Part shown: piece by piece, positions 58,701-64,000 of the stretch
How the letters are laid out: every line of letters starts with the position of its first letter
Position numbering within the stretch: the first letter of the stretch is position 1
DNA from: Eubacterium sp.
GTDB taxonomy: Bacteria; Bacillota; Clostridia; Lachnospirales; Lachnospiraceae
Direction of reading: 5' to 3'
NCBI GenBank assembly: GCA_022794015.1
Contig: JAAWDZ010000025.1
Location: forward strand, 1,249-65,248
DNA: 64,000 nt
Notes under the pieces: model-generated
Database searches by the model: none
What the model saw: the letters and a program-made list of their open reading frames with translations, nothing else
What the model was told of the DNA's origin: nothing
Translations under genes and position numbers: made by a program

Positions 58701-61700
58701 ATAACAGCACAGGTTGTCAGAAAATGGGAGTCGGGTGAAGCTGGCGGGCCCGGATTTCGAATAGAGATAGAAATTACCTATTTAAATGAGAAAACAGCGC
58801 TTGCAGCGGATTTTAATCCGGAGGAATTTGAGGCAGTGGCGCTTAATAATAACGGTCAGGCAGCAGGCATGCTGACAGAAGATCAGCCATATCAGATATT
58901 TTCTTTTACACCAGAAGAAGAAAAACCCTATTCGTTTTTCGGTGTGGAAACCAGTTACGACGGCTCTTATTATCCAAGCTACAGCCTTTGCATAGAGCTG
59001 TATGACGGAGCTCAAAATATGTTTACAGGTTATACAGGCGGCTGGAATGGTCCGATGAATACGATGCAGTCACTGATACCTGGTCATACCTACTATTATA
59101 TTGTAAGCAGGAAAAATAGTGAAAACAGAGATTCCATTCCATTTGAGTGCTATCTCAGCTCTGATATTTTATCGGATCAGCAGCTCGGAGAGCCGAAGGT
59201 GGAAATTATAGATACCAAAAAGAAGAGCTGGTATGAATACGAGCTTGCCGGAGCAGTCAAGATGCCTGATTTTAACGGTACATCACTGCAGCTGACTTAT
59301 CCAAATGGATGGACAGAACAGAAATATATTTACGGTTCTTCTGCCTTTGTGTCTTTTGGCGGGAAAAACTACAATGTAGGCTGGAAATATATGGATCCGC
59401 AGATGGGCTGGCTGCCGGAAATCCGGGATGACAATGCGCTTGTGTATACGTGTGACGGAGAGCTGGTAAAGGAAATCCCAATACAGCTGAATGCCCCTAA
59501 TCCGGTGGAATCCCTTTCGATTGATGTCAATCCGTTTGAAGGCCGTTATGAATACAATCTTGCAGCCGGCAACCCGGACGGCCTTACCGTGACAGTGCAT
59601 TTCAAAGAGGAAGGCAAAGCGGATGAAACGCTCGTATGGAAGGACAGCATTGAGCCGGAGGTTGACGGCTGCAAGCTCACATATGACAGTGTGGTTTATA
59701 CAGGACAGACAGGAGAGCATGGCGGCAAGATGTACCGGCTTAAGGTTAGCTGTATGGATGTTTATGAAGAGGTTCTGTTTGAAGTTCTGCAAAATCCAGT
59801 GACCGCATTTGAACTGATCAGGCAGCCGCAAAACTGCACGAAATATCCGTTTGAAGGTTCCGGAGATCTGGACTTATACGGAATGGAATTTGCCATTATA
59901 AGCAGGGACGGTACGAAACAGAATATCCGGGTGACAGAGCACACCAACTATCTGGCAGCTCCGGAAGGCAGCTCGGCGGAATTGAATGTATGGTATACGT
60001 CCGAAAACCGGGAAGGGGAAAATGGAGAGCAGATTCCGGTAACCGTTTTGAATTTGGAATATATGGGCTGCAAACAAAAGCTGGTGGAATTTGAGCATTT
60101 ACCGCTCCCTGTGGAACAGGCAGAGGAGCTATTAGACACCCGGACCAATTATATGGTATTGGGGGAAGAGAAGGGATACCGGATTTACCGTTTTACTTCT
60201 GCCAAAAGCAGTGAATATATATTGGATCTTAAAGGCAATATCAACTTTCATATTGTCCGCTTTGACGAGAGTGGAGAACAACAGACCGCTGTGGCAAGAA
60301 AGACAGGCCAAAACCACTATGCAGGCAGTATGCAGTGGGATATGGCAGCGGGAGATACGGCTTATATTGTTATAAAATCCAGAGAACCCTTTATTGGAAG
60401 CCTGCGTGCAGAGATTTCTGGAGAAGAGCTTGAAAAAGAGGATATTTCAGAAGTTGAATTTCATGTGGAAAATCCGGTGGCAGGAGAGGCGTTTCCGGCA
60501 ACAGAGCAGAGCTCTTTGGATGAATATCAGATTGTAAACAGCCAGTGGTATGGAGATGCAGATCAGGATGGTTGTGCGGATTTTGCCACGGCTCATCGCC
60601 TGATGCTGATATTGGCACCAAAGCCCAGGTATCAGTTTACGGAAAATACAAATGTTATGTTAAACGGTTCGAAAGCCGAAAACGTGATGGTGGGCTCGGA
60701 CGGCAGGCTTACATTGTACTATACCTTCCCTTATACGGAATGCAAAATTGATCTGCCGCAGGCAGAGGGTTATACGCTCCAGACAGACTGGAACAGCCGG
60801 GCAGACAGGGTAAGCTACGGCGGCACATACCGTTTCCGGTATTTGAATGCAGAGGATATGCCCGATGAAACCCTGTCTGTAAAGGCAAATGGAAATGTGG
60901 TTGCATTGGATGAGGAAAATTATTATACGCTTGCCAACGTTACGGAAAACATATCGGTAACGGTCAGAAAGGATATTGGCGACATTGATGTTGGAGAGGA
61001 TGAATCCAAGATTACAATGCACGACAGAAGCGAAGACGTGTATGACGTTATGGTCGGGAAGAAGCAGCAGACCATCAAAGAGAATGAAGAGGGGAACAAT
61101 ACCCTTCCGCTTTTACCAAGCTATACAGACGGAAGCGATGCATTCTTCTATGGCTGGTATCTGGGCAGGGATGAGGCGCTAAACGGCATAGGTACGCGCT
61201 TTACCAGCATGACAAGGCTTGAGGAGAGCGCATATGAGCTTTTTGCAAAATGGGGAAGCGGTATCTTCTATCAGAGAGTAGGAAACCGGAATGCCATTTA
61301 TCAGGTACTTTCCTTTGATGAATATAACCAGATGAAGGTTGAGATGAAAGGCATACGGCGTTCAGAAATCCGCGCGAAAGCTGCCATTGACGCAGTCGGT
61401 GCAGCCGCAGGTGAAAAGCTTGAAATTCCGGCAGTTATTACACAGGATCAGATGCAGCTGCAGGAGGGCCTGGAGCTGAATATTGAAGGGTGTACCGTTA
61501 TTGCCATAGCAGATCATGCGTTTGCGAAAGAAACCGGAATTACCTCCGTTGTGCTGCCGGAAACTGTGGAACGCATTGGAGAGAGTGCTTTTGAAAACTG
61601 TGCGGATCTGGAGGAAATGATATTGCCGCAGGGAGTTATTCAAATCGACGATCGCGCATTTGCAGACTGTACTTCTTTGAAAAAGGTTGTGCTGCCGGAT

Positions 61701-63299
61701 ACGGTAACAGAATTTGGCGAAGAAATATTCTGCGGTTGTAAAGGAATTTCAGTTGTACTGCCGGATACAATAGAATATGTAGATCCTTCTGTTTTTGAAG
61801 GAGCAGAAGATATTACCATTATCTGCAGCAGCAAGCTAAAGGAAAGCGGTATTTTAGAGGAAATACAAAAAGCTGGCATAACAGTACAGACATTAGATCT
61901 TGCGTTTGATTATGAAAACGGAATCAAGACATTTTCCTATGGTGCGAAAGAAGAGCGGCTTCGTATCAATGTTCTTATAAACGGCGAAAAAGATAAAGAA
62001 GCACGCCCGTTGTTGTGGCAATATACAGATACCGATGCCTATACATATCGGATAGAGGGAAATGACCTGTATGTGACACCAAACCGCATTACGAACGAAG
62101 AGGAAGAAATCCAGATTACGGCAACAGATGCACAAACCCATGCAAAGACTGTGCTAATTCTGCGTACAACAGCTGCGGATTTAGCGGAAAAAGATGAGGA
62201 AGGAAATGCATACTTTACAGTGGAAGTGGCGCAAAATCCAGTCTATTCCGGAGAAGAGCTGCGACCGGCTGTCACCGTATATCGAAAAGGAAACCGATTA
62301 TCTGCATCTGAATATGACGTTTCTTACGCAGACAATATAAATGCAGGAACCGGCCGGGTAACTGTAACCGGAAAAGGAAATTATACGGGAAGCATTTCAA
62401 AATCATTTACGATTGAAAAAGCGGCGCAGTCCGTCATTGCTTTCGATATAGAAAAGACGACTGATGATCTGATATTCCCGATAAATGCAAAAGCAAGCGG
62501 AGACGGCAGGTTAAATTACGTCAGCAGCGATCGTACGATAGCTTCTGTCGATGATCATGGGATTGTCATGATACGCGGCATAGGTACGGTAGAAATCAGC
62601 ATATGGGCTTCAGAAAGTGCAAATTATCAATCTTCCGCTCCAAAAACAATCACTCTGACTGTAAAACAGGCGGACGTCGTCGGACCGAAACCCTCTGAGC
62701 CTTCACAGGACCCGGATCAGGATAAGACCGATCCAAATCCGCCGGCCGTAACCAATCCGGATGGCGCCGGATCAGGGACGACGGGCAGCGCCGGAATAAA
62801 AACAGGAAAGACCTCTTATACAAAATCAATCGACAGCAAACAGTTTTTACTGGATGCAACGGCTGATATGGCGATTCGTTACGTCAGCAGCAATCCAAAG
62901 GTAGCTTCTGTAAGCTCTGTCGGAAATGTAACGCTCCATAAATGTGGAAAAACGATAATAACATTGATGGCAGGTGATGAGAGGGCGACTATTGTCATTC
63001 GCGTGGTACCGAAAAAAGCGAAAGCGAAAGCAGTAAGCAAAAAATCCGGAGAACTTAAAGTTTCCTGGAACAGGCAGAAGGAAGCGGCCGGTTATGTAGT
63101 AGAATATTCTACAGACAAGAAGTTTAAGAAGAATACGGGCAGTAAGGTGATAAAGAAATCAAAAACCACGAGTATCACGTTAAAGAATCTGAAAAAAGGG
63201 AAAAAATATTATGTACGTGTGAAAGCGTTTACTTCGATTGACAAGAAGAGGGCGTACGGCGCGGCAAGTAAGGTGATTCGTAAGACGGTAAAGAAGTAA
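55713..63299 (+). CDS. 2528-aa exported multidomain surface protein (Ig-like repeats, BspA-type LRR, FN3-like C-terminus)
   Basis: Signal peptide; repeated P-x-T-x-Y...L-x-G-L/M-x-V-x-Y Ig-like units; LRR_5-type IGESAFENC/IDDRAFADC; Lys-rich FN3-like end. Confidence 0.85.
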   Translation: MKVWKKGLALVLAAAMCAGSIPGNVFAGNILDTAEALDMPTEDVDAASGSKVQAAKDEVQAQGDPDMSTKDEGTSQGDPDTSAKDEGTSQGDSDTSAKDETPVQGDPDMSAKDRVSSQEEPTADEASVREMPAAYETDTLDTAAALQQPQASDATGSPIEESFITLTEGQKLHQTTDEKSYYVFAPEESGWYHLVIESQKEGEYFTAGVYQTIYYSGEKQEKRTYRDSDYKVMNAANSDYAMWLNANEKYVFHCSISGYVDSSDLDVALTMKKAQIAGIETVTAPTRPSDFAFVGTGMEVKINYTDGDSVTNGVKCIISNYNGGGGTVSNTLESLSWSGIAVQREESVGSSLQVLALDEIREKTDVAELLEGTHTAILGVSRSVSGGQSSYLECTTSFEVSHNPIESISVVDCTDTYTQNMGESLGNITLKAVYKDGKTEQIYSGMTYIYQSLPKEEEPGETPDMPGMDYGLMDIDSYLAGGGSLGETTVTVRFQGLETSYQITILEYPYDGLSVKPRKTVYYVNAGYNDTQHGHSYAGERITKNDLHQIILSRKDGGSDSFYASDNQFHSLPYSWKFSYGIEVGGNSYTDIDEFIRAGGAPGQHTVTVSYRDFKTSYTVDIRQNPYIRMEIAQLPETLNYSYGSSNLYLDGLVIRAYKNDTEYDTYTYGQNAPEGAAIASWQQYFRCYPVTDSFYARPAGEHTVYLTFLNMRAEFQVYVEAPPVHPEYVDMKLLKKPDRTLYYVKENENLKDCLSLTGLQLTLTDSQGEKKNFKYGAYSEEGFSSWEELSSDVSVDWGRIDWSTPGDYVVSVYYKELCVEFEVTIADSPVDSFQFLRMPKTDTYYFYENKTISSPNLLYGLAYKVTFEDGSVQAATFRNNYGDNVFQVSYQGRTYTMGCAWMRSTSGGSASAGENAIQFTLFGETYQTDPITILENPIESLQVIKAPENMIYFGETSNADLYGAKLRITYRGGRTKEIEVSEHGSSVLVEEDQKYITAQVVRKWESGEAGGPGFRIEIEITYLNEKTALAADFNPEEFEAVALNNNGQAAGMLTEDQPYQIFSFTPEEEKPYSFFGVETSYDGSYYPSYSLCIELYDGAQNMFTGYTGGWNGPMNTMQSLIPGHTYYYIVSRKNSENRDSIPFECYLSSDILSDQQLGEPKVEIIDTKKKSWYEYELAGAVKMPDFNGTSLQLTYPNGWTEQKYIYGSSAFVSFGGKNYNVGWKYMDPQMGWLPEIRDDNALVYTCDGELVKEIPIQLNAPNPVESLSIDVNPFEGRYEYNLAAGNPDGLTVTVHFKEEGKADETLVWKDSIEPEVDGCKLTYDSVVYTGQTGEHGGKMYRLKVSCMDVYEEVLFEVLQNPVTAFELIRQPQNCTKYPFEGSGDLDLYGMEFAIISRDGTKQNIRVTEHTNYLAAPEGSSAELNVWYTSENREGENGEQIPVTVLNLEYMGCKQKLVEFEHLPLPVEQAEELLDTRTNYMVLGEEKGYRIYRFTSAKSSEYILDLKGNINFHIVRFDESGEQQTAVARKTGQNHYAGSMQWDMAAGDTAYIVIKSREPFIGSLRAEISGEELEKEDISEVEFHVENPVAGEAFPATEQSSLDEYQIVNSQWYGDADQDGCADFATAHRLMLILAPKPRYQFTENTNVMLNGSKAENVMVGSDGRLTLYYTFPYTECKIDLPQAEGYTLQTDWNSRADRVSYGGTYRFRYLNAEDMPDETLSVKANGNVVALDEENYYTLANVTENISVTVRKDIGDIDVGEDESKITMHDRSEDVYDVMVGKKQQTIKENEEGNNTLPLLPSYTDGSDAFFYGWYLGRDEALNGIGTRFTSMTRLEESAYELFAKWGSGIFYQRVGNRNAIYQVLSFDEYNQMKVEMKGIRRSEIRAKAAIDAVGAAAGEKLEIPAVITQDQMQLQEGLELNIEGCTVIAIADHAFAKETGITSVVLPETVERIGESAFENCADLEEMILPQGVIQIDDRAFADCTSLKKVVLPDTVTEFGEEIFCGCKGISVVLPDTIEYVDPSVFEGAEDITIICSSKLKESGILEEIQKAGITVQTLDLAFDYENGIKTFSYGAKEERLRINVLINGEKDKEARPLLWQYTDTDAYTYRIEGNDLYVTPNRITNEEEEIQITATDAQTHAKTVLILRTTAADLAEKDEEGNAYFTVEVAQNPVYSGEELRPAVTVYRKGNRLSASEYDVSYADNINAGTGRVTVTGKGNYTGSISKSFTIEKAAQSVIAFDIEKTTDDLIFPINAKASGDGRLNYVSSDRTIASVDDHGIVMIRGIGTVEISIWASESANYQSSAPKTITLTVKQADVVGPKPSEPSQDPDQDKTDPNPPAVTNPDGAGSGTTGSAGIKTGKTSYTKSIDSKQFLLDATADMAIRYVSSNPKVASVSSVGNVTLHKCGKTIITLMAGDERATIVIRVVPKKAKAKAVSKKSGELKVSWNRQKEAAGYVVEYSTDKKFKKNTGSKVIKKSKTTSITLKNLKKGKKYYVRVKAFTSIDKKRAYGAASKVIRKTVKK
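55896..56065 (+). repeat. 42-bp coding tandem repeat, 4 copies
   Basis: CAGGGAGAT(C/T)CGGATA at 55896, 55938, 55980 and 56022, encoding QGDPDxSxKDExxx. Confidence 0.92.
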
Positions 63300-63334
63300 G
63301 ATATCAAGAAAACAAAGAAGGACGACTGGTCAAT

Positions 63335-63378
63335 AAAAATCCAGGCTTATGCAGAAGCTCTGCAAAGCCTGGATTTTA
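63335..63378. terminator. Bidirectional terminator between convergent genes
   Basis: AAAATCCAGGCTT...AAGCCTGGATTTT. Confidence 0.8.
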
Positions 63379-63380
63379 TA

Positions 63381-64000
63381 TCAGGATATTTGATCAATTC
63401 CGGAAATATCCGGATGGATCGTCAGAGAATAATTGGTATAATATACGACAAAGCCGGGCGCGCTTTTGTTCGGCTTTTTTACATTTTTCTTTTGAAGATA
63501 GTCAATTTCCACTTTTTCGTTTTCACGGCCCTTCGAATAAAAACCGGCCAGCCGGCCTGCTTCTTCAAATGTGCGGTCGGGAAGTTCTTCTCCCTCGGTT
63601 TTGACAATTACGTGCGAACCGGGCATTCCCTTTGCATGAAACCACCAGTCGTTTCCGGTAGCAAATTTAAAAGTCAGCTCATCATTCTGGTAATTATTTT
63701 TACCTACATACATATGAAACCCATCTGAAGAAATATAGTGGAACGGTTTGCTCTTGATTTTCGCTTTTTTATCGCCGTGTCGTTTTCGGATGTAGCCAAA
63801 TTCTATCAGTTCTTCTTTGATCTGCACCAGATCATCTTCTGAAACGGCAATTGTAAGCGCTGTAGCAATGCTCTCCAGGTGATCGATTTCATTTTTTGTT
63901 TCTTCGATCAGTTCCGTCAAAGCTTCGTTTGTACGCTTTAGCTTATTGTAGCGGTCAAAATATTTTTTGGCGTTCTCAGAGGCGGATAATTGTTCGTCTA
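63381..64000 (-). CDS. rqcH: NFACT/FbpA family protein (RqcH), 3' part only
   Basis: ENAKKYFDRYNKLK, VGKNNYQNDELT, WFHAKGMPGSHV; the frame is open to the window end. Confidence 0.92.
   Translation of the reverse strand, partial: DEQLSASENAKKYFDRYNKLKRTNEALTELIEETKNEIDHLESIATALTIAVSEDDLVQIKEELIEFGYIRKRHGDKKAKIKSKPFHYISSDGFHMYVGKNNYQNDELTFKFATGNDWWFHAKGMPGSHVIVKTEGEELPDRTFEEAGRLAGFYSKGRENEKVEIDYLQKKNVKKPNKSAPGFVVYYTNYSLTIHPDISGIDQIS

Overview
A 64-kb chromosomal segment from a Clostridia bacterium; gene content and order suggest a gut Lachnospiraceae (inference). Almost all genes lie on the + strand. Positions 1-~8.3 kb are a visibly AT-richer accessory block: a winged-HTH gene end, a complete Type I restriction-modification locus (hsdR-hsdM-hsdS), HNH and HicB remnants, and a frameshifted ECF sigma with its anti-sigma. 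The rest is mostly core genes: uppP, ftsK, fhs, folD, plsX-acpP-rnc-smc-ftsY-ilvA, carD-like, THF riboswitch-folT, proB/proA, miaB, ruvAB, zapA, U32, ftsW-PBP, NUDIX, ytfIJ, rpmB, asp23-DAK2-recG and a partial rqcH. Small insertions interrupt the core: a DUF4160 pair between fhs and folD, a His/Cys tandem-repeat protein and a decayed GHKL-ATPase islet. There are also two very large surface proteins. No rRNA, tRNA, CRISPR array or intact transposase/integrase was seen, and no clearly new multi-gene system is evident. Best leads: (i) an exported protein made of nine C-x4-C-x5-H-x-H units; (ii) a 162-nt rod-shaped RNA-like element upstream of proB; (iii) a 5-codon uORF that doubles as the anti-SD downstream of the THF aptamer; (iv) the DUF4160 module whose partner carries an internal amber codon; (v) a transglutaminase-like surface protein on a duplicated CxxC/His stalk. 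All family assignments come from motif recognition by eye, not from database searches.
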